Shown here in pieces: positions 1 through 8,161 of a stretch of DNA of 28,377 nucleotides; positions within the stretch are counted from its first letter, which is position 1, and each line of letters starts with the position of its first letter. Made by a program: the position numbers and the translations under genes. Under the pieces are notes generated by a model. It was not told where the DNA came from. It did not search any database and was given only the letters and a program-made list of their open reading frames with translations. The DNA is from Candidatus Methylomirabilota bacterium (GTDB lineage Bacteria > Methylomirabilota > Methylomirabilia > Rokubacteriales > CSP1-6). The stretch spans positions 1 through 28,377 of the forward strand of contig JBKOUQ010000042.1 in NCBI GenBank assembly GCA_046723475.1, written 5' to 3'.

Positions 1-812
1 GTGGCGACGGTCAGCCCGCGGGCGTGCAGCCGCCGCCCGACGACCAGCTCGAGCGTCTCGCCGTCTCGGCCGTAGCAGTCGTCTCCCAGCGCGGCGAGCA
101 CACGCGACTCGACACCGTCGAGCGCCGCCGCCGCGGCCTCGGGCGTCGCCCCCCGCGCGCGCAATCGCACCCACACCTCGCCGTCGGCCGGCACGGTGTT
201 GACCGACACCTCGCCCTCGCGTCCGAGCCATTCGGCCAACCGGTCTTCCACGTCGCCCAGGCTCACGCCGACGACGCGCAGGACGCGCACGACCGCGCGG
301 CGCGCGCCGACGACCGCGCGCGCCAGCTCCACGAGCTGCGCGCTGAGCGCCGCCGGCGGGGTGCCGCGCGGCACCACCGCGAACGTCCCCCGCGAGGTGT
401 CTACGGTCCATGCGGGCTCGCCCTCGCTCGTCGGTACGAGCGCCGCGCCCTGCGGCAGCAACGCCTGGCGCTCGGCGCGCCGCGGCAGCGGGCGATCCTG
501 CTGGCGATACGCCGACTCGAGCGCGGTCAGCATCCGCTCGTTGAGCACGAGCCGGGTGCCCGAAAGCCGCGCCAGGACGCGCCGCACCGGTTCACCCCCC
601 GAGCCGCCGGCACCGGCGACGACGACCGTCAGCGCGCACTCGGGCGCGAGCGCGCGCTCGAGCGCCGATTCGTCGTCGTCCACGAGGATGCGGCCGTCGA
701 TCGGCACGCCGGCCGCGACGAGTGCGGCCTGCACGGGCGCGGTCGGATCGCCGCCGGATGCGGCGTCAGCGGCGACGCCGACCACGCGCACGCCCCCCGG
801 GCCGGTGGCCAT
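1..812 (-). CDS. cinA: CinA-like competence/damage-inducible protein, 3'-truncated at the window edge (molybdopterin-binding domain plus the start of the PncC-like domain)
   Basis: Minus-strand translation from ATG at 812..810 gives MATGPGGVRVVGVAAD...RLVLNERMLTALESAYRQQDRPLPRRAERQALLPQGAALVPTSEGEPAWTVD...GRRLHARGLTVAT. This matches the CinA N-terminal MoCF-binding domain and the RGLT(L)ATAESCTGG start of the C-terminal domain. The ATG overlaps the pgpA TGA by 1 nt (TGATG). The antisense plus-strand ORF 24..860 is R/A-rich junk. Confidence 0.75.
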   Translation of the reverse strand, partial: MATGPGGVRVVGVAADAASGGDPTAPVQAALVAAGVPIDGRILVDDDESALERALAPECALTVVVAGAGGSGGEPVRRVLARLSGTRLVLNERMLTALESAYRQQDRPLPRRAERQALLPQGAALVPTSEGEPAWTVDTSRGTFAVVPRGTPPAALSAQLVELARAVVGARRAVVRVLRVVGVSLGDVEDRLAEWLGREGEVSVNTVPADGEVWVRLRARGATPEAAAAALDGVESRVLAALGDDCYGRDGETLELVVGRRLHARGLTVA

Positions 813-1285
813 CACACCCACGACAGCGCGTGCAGCGTGGCGACGATCGCGAGCGCGTAGAGCCCGGCGAACAGATCGTCGACCATCACGCCGAAGCCGC
901 CGGGAAGCGCCTGCGCCTGGCGCGCGGGCGGCGGCTTCACGACGTCGAACACCCGAAACAACACGAATGCGAGGGCGAGGATCGTCGCGCTGAGCGGCAC
1001 GAGCAGCACGGACAGCGCCATGCCCGCCACCTCGTCGATGACGATCGCGCCCGGGTCCTTGGTCCCGATCGCACGCTCGGCGTGCTCGGCCGCCCACGTC
1101 CCGACGACCGTGACGACGATGAAGAAGGCGACGAGGCCCACGCGCGAGAACGGAATCAGCCAGAGCACCAGGATCGTGAGCGCGCTGGCGACCGTGCCGG
1201 GCGCGAACGGCGCCCGGCCGACGCCGCCGACCGTCGCGATGGCGACGGCCAGGCGAGTGCCGGCGCTGCTACTCGTGCTCCGCAA
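812..1285 (-). CDS. pgpA: Phosphatidylglycerophosphatase A
   Basis: The C-terminal 144 aa of the 812..2044 frame, VGGVGRAPFAPGTVASALTILV...DPGAIVIDEVAGM...FRVFDVVKPPPARQAQALPGGFGVMVDDLFAGLYA, match the PgpA consensus (FGSGLSP.PGT, DE..GM, VMVDD). No ATG or GTG is available; TTG at 1285 is the likely start and overlaps the rimO 3' end by 17 nt. Confidence 0.75.
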   Translation of the reverse strand: MRSTSSSAGTRLAVAIATVGGVGRAPFAPGTVASALTILVLWLIPFSRVGLVAFFIVVTVVGTWAAEHAERAIGTKDPGAIVIDEVAGMALSVLLVPLSATILALAFVLFRVFDVVKPPPARQAQALPGGFGVMVDDLFAGLYALAIVATLHALSWV

Positions 1286-2591
1286 CGAGCTCGTGGCCTT
1301 CGACTTCGACGATGCGCGCGCGCGCGAAGCGGCCCGGTGTGAACGCCGTGCGATCGCGCAGGTAGACGACGCCGTCGATTTCGGGCGCCTGGCCGGCGGT
1401 GCGGCCCTCCCAGGCGAACGCGGAATCTTCGCTGGGGCCGTCGACGAGGACGTCAACGACAGAGCCGACGAGCTTGGCGTTGCGCTCGAAGGCCACCACG
1501 TCGTGTGCATCCTGCACGATGACGGCGCGCTCGGCGGCGGTCTCCGCGTCGATCTGGTCGGGAAACTCTGGCGACGGCGTGCCGCTTTCTGGCGAGTATG
1601 TGAACACGCCGAGACGATCGAACCGCGCCTCGTCCAGGAAGGTGAGCAGATTCTCGAAGGCCGCCGGCGTCTCGCCCGGAAAGCCGACGAGGACGGTGGT
1701 ACGAAGCGTGACGTCGGAGATCGCGTCGCGGAACTGGCGCACGATCTCCAGCATGCGGCGCGACGTGACCGCCCGCCGCATCGCGCGCAGCACACCGTCG
1801 TCGCCGTGCTGCACCGGCATGTCGACGTAGGGCACGATGCGGGCGCGCGCGAGCTTCGCGAGCAGGCGCTCGTTGACGTGGGCGGGATGCAGATACATGG
1901 GCCGGATCCACGGCATGCGCGTGTCGTCACCGAGTGCCAGCAGCAGGTCGCCGATGTCGCCGTTGTTTGCGAGATCGCGCCCGTACGCGAGCGTGTCCTG
2001 GGAGACGAGGATCGCTTCCTGCACGCCGCGCGTGGCCAGCGCATCGACCTCCGCCACGATGTCGCGCAGCGGCCGGCTGCGATGGCGACCGCGGAACTGC
2101 GGGATCGCGCAGAACGTGCAGCCCATGTCGCAGCCCTCGGCGATCTTGACGTACGCGTACGGCACGCGGCCAGTCAGCAGTCGCGGTGCCGAGGCGTCGT
2201 AGAGATAGCCGGGCGGCGCCGACGACGCCCAGTCTTCCCGGTTTGCGGCTTGACCGACGAGGTCGACGATGCGCTCGAGCCCGGAGGTGCCGAGGATCGA
2301 ATCGACCTCCGGCATCTCGCGCAGAATCTCGCCCCCGTAGCGCTGCGTGAGACAGCCGGTGACGATCAGCGCGCGGCAGCGGCCGCGCCGCTTGAGCTTG
2401 GCGAGCTCGAGGATCGTGTTCACCGATTCCTCACGGGCGCGGTCGATGAACGCGCACGTGTTCACGATCAGGCACTCGGCGTCGTCGGCCCGCTCGACGA
2501 TCGCATGCCCCGCGCCGGCCAGGCGACCGAGCATCAGCTCGGAGTCGACCTGGTTCTTGGGACAGCCGAGCGTGGTGAGATGCACGTTCAT
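1269..2591 (-). CDS. rimO: Ribosomal protein S12 methylthiotransferase RimO (radical SAM, MiaB family, C-terminal TRAM domain)
   Basis: 440 aa starting MNVHLTTLGCPKNQVDSE with the N-terminal Cys triad, a radical-SAM CxxxCxxC motif (EGCDMGCTFCAIP) and a C-terminal APEIDGVVYL TRAM motif. Colinear with E. coli RimO. Confidence 0.9.
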   Translation of the reverse strand: MNVHLTTLGCPKNQVDSELMLGRLAGAGHAIVERADDAECLIVNTCAFIDRAREESVNTILELAKLKRRGRCRALIVTGCLTQRYGGEILREMPEVDSILGTSGLERIVDLVGQAANREDWASSAPPGYLYDASAPRLLTGRVPYAYVKIAEGCDMGCTFCAIPQFRGRHRSRPLRDIVAEVDALATRGVQEAILVSQDTLAYGRDLANNGDIGDLLLALGDDTRMPWIRPMYLHPAHVNERLLAKLARARIVPYVDMPVQHGDDGVLRAMRRAVTSRRMLEIVRQFRDAISDVTLRTTVLVGFPGETPAAFENLLTFLDEARFDRLGVFTYSPESGTPSPEFPDQIDAETAAERAVIVQDAHDVVAFERNAKLVGSVVDVLVDGPSEDSAFAWEGRTAGQAPEIDGVVYLRDRTAFTPGRFARARIVEVEGHELVAEHE

Positions 2592-2597
2592 CGCGCG

Positions 2598-3095
2598 TCA
2601 GATCGTGCGGCGATTGTCGAAGTTCAACGCGATGCCGAGATCTTTGTCCCGCACCAGCTTCATCACCGCTTGCAGGTCGTCACGGCTCTTGCCCGACACG
2701 CGGACCTTGTCCTCGTGGATCGAGGCCTGGACCTTGATCTTGCTGTCCTTGATGAGCCGCACGATCTCCTTGGCCTTCTCCATCGGAATGCCTTGCTGCA
2801 GACCGATCTTTTGCCGGAGCGCGCCGCCCGACGCCGTCTCGACAGTGCCGTAGGTGAGCGCCTTCAGCGGGACGCCGCGTTTGTGGAGCTTGGACTGCAA
2901 GATGTCGGTGACCGCCTTCAGCTTCATGTCGTCGGGGGACAGCAGGACGATGTCGGTCTTGTCGAGCGTGAGCTCGTTTTTCGTCCCCTTGAGGTCGTAG
3001 CGCGTCTCGATCTCGCGCCGAGCCTGGTCGAGCGCGTTGGTGACCTCCTGCATGTCGATCTTGCAGACGATGTCGAACGAATTTTCGGCGGCCAT
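2598..3095 (-). CDS. yajQ: YajQ-family nucleotide-binding protein (UPF0234)
   Basis: [37 protein letters not shown]...[39 protein letters not shown] is colinear with E. coli YajQ (SFDIVSEVDLQE...[34 protein letters not shown]). Start taken at the internal ATG 3095; the ORF track extends to 3176, but that extension has no homology. Lies 6 nt upstream of rimO. Confidence 0.85.
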   Translation of the reverse strand: [165 protein letters not shown]

Positions 3096-3128
3096 GGGGA
3101 TATAGACTACCACCGGGGAGGGCCTTCC

Positions 3129-3507
3129 ATGAGCGTCCGGCGTGTGGTTCCCAACGTGAGAGCGCGGCAGAGCCACGGACAGCCGCGCCTTCTATGTGGA
3201 CGTCCTCGGTCTGGAGCTCGTCATGGACATGGGCTTCATCAAGACGTTCGCGTCGACGTCGAACCCGACCGCCCAGGTGAGCGTCGTCGACGCGAGCCCG
3301 ACCGCGCCGCATCCCGACCTGACGATCGAGGTGGCCGCCGTGGACGCCGCGTACACCCGCGCGCGCGAGCGGGGGATCGAGATCGTCTATCCGCTCACGG
3401 ACGAGCCGTGGGGCGTTCGGCGATTCTACGCGCGGGAGCCGAACGGCGCGATGGTCAACGTCATGATGCATCGAGCTGTCGAAACGGGCTCCGCTCGCGC
3501 GTCATAG
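3129..3507 (+). pseudogene. Candidate frameshifted VOC-family gene (ATG 3129 in frame 0 joined to the VOC homology in frame +1)
   Basis: A strong SD (GGGGAGGG at 3115..3122, 6-nt spacer) precedes ATG 3129. Frame 0 reads MSVRRVVPNVRAR, resembling a VOC beta-1 strand, then drifts into junk. Frame +1 from about 3170 reads SRAFYVDVLGLELV, the canonical VOC helix. Joined length is about 126 aa, the size of an intact VOC protein. Implies a 1-nt indel near 3160..3175. Confidence 0.35.
3196..3507 (+). CDS. VOC (glyoxalase/bleomycin-resistance/dioxygenase) family protein, N-terminally truncated as it stands
   Basis: GTG-start ORF DVLGLELVMDMGFIKTF...IEIVYPLTDEPWGVRRFYAREPNGAMVNVMMH carries the VOC helix-1 and second-module motifs but lacks the first beta strand. 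An in-frame stop lies at 3157..3159. See the pseudogene entry for the upstream frame. Confidence 0.5.
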   Translation: MDVLGLELVMDMGFIKTFASTSNPTAQVSVVDASPTAPHPDLTIEVAAVDAAYTRARERGIEIVYPLTDEPWGVRRFYAREPNGAMVNVMMHRAVETGSARAS

Positions 3508-3527
3508 GCTCGAGGTGCAGAAACAGG

Positions 3528-4187
3528 CTATTTCAGCGGGACGGTGGCGACGCCCTTGGGCGCGACGAACGCGAAGAGCTTGTCGTCCAGCCCGGAGTTG
3601 ATCGCGAGCTTGCTGAACTGCATCGTGACCGTGTTCTCGAACTGGTCGTAGATGACGGCCTTGCGGACCTGCCAGCCGTTCGGATCGAACGACAGGATGA
3701 GGCGCTGGAGCGTCGGCAGCGGCTGCTTGGGCGTGAGATCGAGAACGACGTTACCGTCGGCGTCCTTCGGCTGCGCCGGATTCAGGAATCGTACGTTGAA
3801 CTGCTCGCGCAGCTTGCCGAGGCCGCTCAGGAACGAGCCGGCGGGCCCCGCGAGCGCCTCGGGCGCGAGGCCGGTGTTGACCTGGTTGAGCTGCGGCGTG
3901 TAGATCCAGATCGTCTTGCCGTCGGACACGATCTGCTGCGGTGTCGGCTCGGTGTATTCCCAGCGAAGCTTGCCGCCTTTCTTGAGGAACACCTTGCCTG
4001 CGGCGGGGATCGTCTGGTTGAGGCTCTTGTTGAACGCGGTCTGCGTGAAATCCGCCTTGAGGTCGGTCATCTTGCCGTAGGCGCCTTCGATGCCGCGAAT
4101 GGCGTCGTCCAGCGAGGTCGTGGCCGTCTGGGCGGCGGCGGACGCCGCGAGCAGGAGCACCCCGAGCAGGCTCAGCGCCAATCGCAT
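3528..4187 (-). CDS. lolA: Outer-membrane lipoprotein carrier protein LolA
   Basis: Sec signal peptide MRLALSLLGVLLLAASAAAQTA, then the LolA core motifs KADFTQT...GKLRWEYTEP.PQQIVSDGKTIWIYTPQLNQV. GC3 is lower than neighbours but the sequence is clean. Confidence 0.85.
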   Translation of the reverse strand: MRLALSLLGVLLLAASAAAQTATTSLDDAIRGIEGAYGKMTDLKADFTQTAFNKSLNQTIPAAGKVFLKKGGKLRWEYTEPTPQQIVSDGKTIWIYTPQLNQVNTGLAPEALAGPAGSFLSGLGKLREQFNVRFLNPAQPKDADGNVVLDLTPKQPLPTLQRLILSFDPNGWQVRKAVIYDQFENTVTMQFSKLAINSGLDDKLFAFVAPKGVATVPLK

Positions 4188-4228
4188 GCTGTCACTCTAC
4201 CGGTGAGACGCCCGCCGCGCCGCGAAAT

Positions 4229-4951
4229 TCAGGATTCACCGCCGCGCGTGAAGTCCGCGTCGCGGCTCACGGCGGGAGCGAGCACGCGCAGATAGTGCTC
4301 ACGCGAGATCGTCAGCGCGCCCATCGACGCCAGATGCGGCGTCGGCAGCTGCACATCGATCAGGGACACCCCGACCGCACGCGCACGCTGGGCCAGCGCG
4401 ACGAGTGCAACCTTCGACGCGTCGCGAACCCGCGTGAACATCGATTCCGCCGCGAACAAACCGCCGATGGCCACGCCGTAGAGACCTCCGGCCAGCGCGC
4501 CGTCGGCCCAGACCTCCACGCTGTGCGCCCAGCCGAGCTCGTGAAGACGCACATACGCCGCCCGCAGGCCGGGGGTGATCCAGGTTTCGTCCTCGGTGCG
4601 GCGGGGTGCCGCGCATCCGGCGATGACGTCCTCGAACGCGGCATTGATGGTGACGCGAAAGCCGCCGCGACGCAGCGTGCGCGCGAGTGAGCGCGAAACG
4701 TGCACGCCGTCGGGCGGCAGCACCGCGCGGGGGTCCGGCGACCACCAGAGCAGATCGACGTCGTCGGCCGGCCACGGGAACACCCCTTGCCGATACGCGG
4801 CGAGAACCGTCGGCGGCTCGAGATCGCCGCCGGTCGCGAGAAGCCCATCGGCATCCGCCTGGCGGGGATCGGGAAATCGAAACCTGCAGGCGCCAACGGG
4901 CACCGGGCGCGTGGCCCGCGCCACGACGACGTCGAGCGACAGGTCGGTCAC
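4229..4951 (-). CDS. aat: Leucyl/phenylalanyl-tRNA--protein transferase
   Basis: FPDPRQADADGLLATGGDLEPPTVLAAYRQGVFPWP..DLLWWSPDPRAVL...TWITPGLRAAYVRLHELGWAHSVEVW.DGALAGGLYGVAIGGLFAAESMF...ASKVAL is colinear with E. coli Aat. GTG start at 4951 overlaps the upstream permease TGA by 4 nt (GTGA). Alternative start GTG 4924. The N-terminal 260 aa of ORF-track entry 4229..5752 have no homology. Confidence 0.85.
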   Translation of the reverse strand: MTDLSLDVVVARATRPVPVGACRFRFPDPRQADADGLLATGGDLEPPTVLAAYRQGVFPWPADDVDLLWWSPDPRAVLPPDGVHVSRSLARTLRRGGFRVTINAAFEDVIAGCAAPRRTEDETWITPGLRAAYVRLHELGWAHSVEVWADGALAGGLYGVAIGGLFAAESMFTRVRDASKVALVALAQRARAVGVSLIDVQLPTPHLASMGALTISREHYLRVLAPAVSRDADFTRGGES

Positions 4952-5808
4952 CCCTTCAGCGCGCCCGCCGTCAGTCCTCGGATGAGGTGCCGCTGCAGGA
5001 ACGTGAACAGCACGGCCACGGGCAGCGTGCTGATGATGACACCGGCGGAGAGCTGGCCCCACTGGATCTCGTACTGCCCGACCATGAACAGCAGTCCCGC
5101 CGACAGCGTGCGCATCTCGGTCTGCGACGTGAACGTGATGGCGAACAGCAGCTCGCTCCACGACGACACGAAGGCGAAGATCGCCGTGGCCGCCACGCCC
5201 GGCGCGGCCAGCGGCAGCACCACGCGCCACAGGGCGCCGAAGCGGCCGCAGCCGTCCATCAGCGCCGATTCCTCGAGCTCGCGCGGGATCGACTCGAAAT
5301 AGCCGACGAGCATCCAGACCGTGAACGGCACGGTGAACGAGAAGTTGGAGTAGATCAGCGCCTGGTACGTGTCGATCAGACCGAGCGCGTGCCACTGCGA
5401 GAGCAGCGGCGCGATCAGCAGCACGGCGGGAAACATCTGCGTCGCCAGGAACAGCATCATGAGCGTCTGGCGCCCGGCGAAGCGAAAGCGGGCGAGCGCG
5501 TAGCCGGCGAGAACCGAGATCACGGTGGTGGCGACCATGGTCACCGACGAGACCCACAGGCTGTTGGCAAAGAACCGGCTGAACGGCGTGAGCTTCGACG
5601 TCCACGCCTCCACGTAGTTCGCCAGGCTCAGCGACGACGGCAGCCAGACCAGCGGCATCGCGTAGAGCTCGGCGCGCGTCTTGAACGAGGCGAGGAGCAC
5701 CCAGACGAAGGGCGCCACCGCAAACACCGTCAGCGCGGCGAGGCCGGTCCACAAGACCGGTCCGCCGAGCACCCGCTCCGCCGTATCGAGGCCGCCGCGC
5801 GTCCTCAC
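4948..5808 (-). CDS. CUT1-family carbohydrate ABC transporter permease (MalG/UgpE-like)
   Basis: 286 aa with six predicted TM segments and the EAA-type loop ESALMDGCGRFGALWRVVLPLAAPG. GTG start at 5808 overlaps the TGA of the upstream permease (GTGA). The ORF-track N-terminal extension to 6483 is antisense junk. Confidence 0.85.
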   Translation of the reverse strand: MRTRGGLDTAERVLGGPVLWTGLAALTVFAVAPFVWVLLASFKTRAELYAMPLVWLPSSLSLANYVEAWTSKLTPFSRFFANSLWVSSVTMVATTVISVLAGYALARFRFAGRQTLMMLFLATQMFPAVLLIAPLLSQWHALGLIDTYQALIYSNFSFTVPFTVWMLVGYFESIPRELEESALMDGCGRFGALWRVVLPLAAPGVAATAIFAFVSSWSELLFAITFTSQTEMRTLSAGLLFMVGQYEIQWGQLSAGVIISTLPVAVLFTFLQRHLIRGLTAGALKG

Positions 5809-6737
5809 CCCACGGGCTCCACGCCGCGCGTGACTCGTAAATACAGCGTGGTGAACGCGAGCATGATCACCAGCAGGGCCACTGACAGCGTCGCCGCATA
5901 GCCGAAATCGAGGTTCGAGTAGGCCTGCAGCAGCGTGTACGTCGAGGTGATCTGCGTCGCGTTCGCGGGCCCGCCGCTCGTCATGACGAAGATGAGGTCG
6001 GCGTAGTTGAACGTCCAGATGATGCGGGTCGCCGTGGCGACGACGATGATGGGCCGCAGCATCGGCAGCGTGATGTGCCAGAACCGCTCGAGCACGCCGG
6101 CGCAGTCGACCCGCGCCGCCTCGTAGAGCTCGTCGGGAATGGCCTGCAGGCCGGCGAGCAGCATGATCGCGAAGAACGGAACACCGCGCCACACGTTCGT
6201 GGCGATGACGGCGGGCATGGCGAGGGCCGGGTCCGAGAGCCACGCGACCTTGTCGCGCATGAGCCCGACGCGCGTCAGCAGGTCGTTGAGCGCGCCGTAG
6301 TTCGGCTGATAGAGGTATTCCCAGATCAGCGCCACGACGACACCGGGAATGATCCACGGCAGCAGCGTCAGCGTACGGACGATGGCGCGGCCGCGGAACG
6401 TCTGGTGCAGGAGCAGCGCCGCCGCAAAGCCACCGAGGAATTGCAGCGACACCGAGCCGAATACCCAGAAGAACGAATTCCACAGCGAGAGCCAGAACAC
6501 GTCGTCGCGGAGCAGCCGCGCGTAGTTGCCGAGCCCGATGAACCCGTACTCCTGCGGCTTGATCAGGACGTTGCGATAGAGGCTCATGCGCATCGCCTGG
6601 AGAATCGGCACGAGGACCGTCGCCCCCAGCGCCACCGCGACGGGCAAGAGGTAGCCGTAGCCCGTCAAGAGCTCGCGCGCGCGCCGCGACAGCAGCGGCC
6701 GCGCCAGCGGTCGGGCGAGCGTCGCCTCGTGGGCCAT
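5805..6737 (-). CDS. CUT1-family carbohydrate ABC transporter permease (MalF/UgpA-like)
   Basis: 310 aa, multiple TM helices, EAA motif YEAARVDCAGVLERFWHITLP, typical of type I sugar permeases. Starts 5 nt downstream of the SBP stop. Confidence 0.85.
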   Translation of the reverse strand: MAHEATLARPLARPLLSRRARELLTGYGYLLPVAVALGATVLVPILQAMRMSLYRNVLIKPQEYGFIGLGNYARLLRDDVFWLSLWNSFFWVFGSVSLQFLGGFAAALLLHQTFRGRAIVRTLTLLPWIIPGVVVALIWEYLYQPNYGALNDLLTRVGLMRDKVAWLSDPALAMPAVIATNVWRGVPFFAIMLLAGLQAIPDELYEAARVDCAGVLERFWHITLPMLRPIIVVATATRIIWTFNYADLIFVMTSGGPANATQITSTYTLLQAYSNLDFGYAATLSVALLVIMLAFTTLYLRVTRGVEPVG

Positions 6738-6741
6738 CCGC

Positions 6742-8049
6742 TCAGGACATGTTCTTGGTCAGCATCTCGGCGAACTTGTCGAGGAACTCTTTCGACGACA
6801 ACTTGCCGACGAGCGCCTGCTGGAAGAGTGGCACGCCCTCGGAATCGAGCTTGCCGCCCCAGCCCGCATACGCGAGGTACGGGCTCACGATCGAGAACGG
6901 GAACGACTTGATGAAGCCGGCCAGCGCCGGGTCGTTCGTGAACTCCGGTCGCTCGGCCACGCTCTTGCGCGCGGGCAAGAGGCCGAGCGTCTTGCTGTAC
7001 ATGAAGTGCGGCTCGGGCTCCATCGCCCAGCTCATGAACGTGAAGCCGCCCTGGCGCGACTTGCCCGCCTTGAACGGCGTCAGCGTCTCGGAGAAGTAGA
7101 ACGACACGCGCTTCTTGGCCGGGCCGACTGGCAGCGGGACAGTCGCGAAATTTTCGGGCTTCACGAAGTCCTTCTGCTCTTCCGACGAGCCGGAGTTGTG
7201 GATGTAGGAATTCGTGACGCCTCGCCCGAAGCCTTCGACGATCTGACGCCAGCCGTCCGTCGGCACCGACGGCGGGCAGACCTTGTGCTTGCGGAAGAGG
7301 TCGAGATACCAGTCGAGCGCCTCCGCGGCTTCCTTGCTGTTGATCGCCACGCGCCCGTCCTTGCCGAGCACCTGCGCGCCGTTGGCGTACATGAACTCCG
7401 TCGCATACAGCACGGCCCACGTCCCCTGCCCGCGCATGCCGAAGCCGTACTGGTTCTTGTCGGGCTTCGTCATCGCCTTGGCCCACGCGAGAAACTCGTC
7501 GAAGCTCCAGTCATCGCGCGGTGGCGTGGCGCCGTACTGCTTCGCGCGGTCGGTGCGCCAGTAGACGGCATCGTTCGTGACGACCCACGGGAACGACAGG
7601 ATCCGCTTCTTCACCGTGACCGTTTCCCACGCCAGCGGCAGCACGTCCCTGTACCCGGACCAGTCCTTGACCTTCGGCGTGAGGTCCTCGAGCGCGTTCA
7701 TCCCGTCGAACTCGCCGACCCAGTTGTCCCACACCTGCGCGACGTCGGGTGGCGTGCCGGCGGCGATCGACGTGATGAGCTTCTGTCGCGCCTGCGCCTG
7801 CGGCACGAACTCGACTTTCACCTCGAAGTCTTTCTGCGATTGGTTGAAGCGCTGGACGAGCGACTCGACGAGCGCGGTGCGCTTGGGCTCCGGCACGCTG
7901 AACTGAAAGCGGACCGGGGCAGCACCCCAGGCGCGCCGCGGCGAGATCAGCGGCTCTTCCCACCACGCCAGCTCCGCTGCCGTCAGCGCGCCGGCGGCGG
8001 CCATGCCCTTGAGGATCTGCCGACGCGACAGCACCCAGCGCTCGTTCAT
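6742..8049 (-). CDS. Extracellular solute-binding protein (sugar ABC transporter, family 1) with a Tat signal peptide
   Basis: MNERWVLSRRQILKGMAAAGALTAAELAWW carries a twin-arginine motif (SRRQILK) followed by an SBP_bac_1-like body. AGGAGGG SD lies 7 nt upstream of ATG 8049. The ORF track starts at 8103, but that extension lacks an RBS. Confidence 0.85.
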   Translation of the reverse strand: MNERWVLSRRQILKGMAAAGALTAAELAWWEEPLISPRRAWGAAPVRFQFSVPEPKRTALVESLVQRFNQSQKDFEVKVEFVPQAQARQKLITSIAAGTPPDVAQVWDNWVGEFDGMNALEDLTPKVKDWSGYRDVLPLAWETVTVKKRILSFPWVVTNDAVYWRTDRAKQYGATPPRDDWSFDEFLAWAKAMTKPDKNQYGFGMRGQGTWAVLYATEFMYANGAQVLGKDGRVAINSKEAAEALDWYLDLFRKHKVCPPSVPTDGWRQIVEGFGRGVTNSYIHNSGSSEEQKDFVKPENFATVPLPVGPAKKRVSFYFSETLTPFKAGKSRQGGFTFMSWAMEPEPHFMYSKTLGLLPARKSVAERPEFTNDPALAGFIKSFPFSIVSPYLAYAGWGGKLDSEGVPLFQQALVGKLSSKEFLDKFAEMLTKNMS

Positions 8050-8112
8050 GTCGCGGCCCTCCTGGTAAGACGGTGGAAAAGCGGCGCGAGCGTACCACGG
8101 CATCGCGGGCGC

Positions 8113-8140
8113 GGGCCACGCCGGGCGCGCGGCGTGGCCC
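8113..8140 (-). terminator. GC-rich perfect hairpin (10-bp stem GGGCCACGCC/GGCGTGGCCC, 8-nt loop) 22 nt downstream of the flotillin-like stop; candidate terminator or attenuator
   Basis: Read directly: gggccacgcc gggcgcgc ggcgtggccc. No clean U-tract, which is common in high-GC genomes. Sits between the flotillin stop (8162) and the SBP start (8049). Confidence 0.3.
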
Positions 8141-8161
8141 GTCTGCTCCGTCTGCGATCCC

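Noticed and set aside
1020-4295. 1091-aa plus-strand ORF spanning rimO, yajQ, the VOC gene and lolA
   Set aside because: R/A/G/D-rich low-complexity translation, antisense or out of frame to four well-supported genes. It is the typical stop-codon-free artefact of a 70% GC sequence.
4952-5752. N-terminal 260 aa of the 507-aa ORF containing aat
   Set aside because: Homology to L/F-transferase begins only about 16 aa before FPDP. The upstream part is antisense to the real permease gene and is R/A/G junk.
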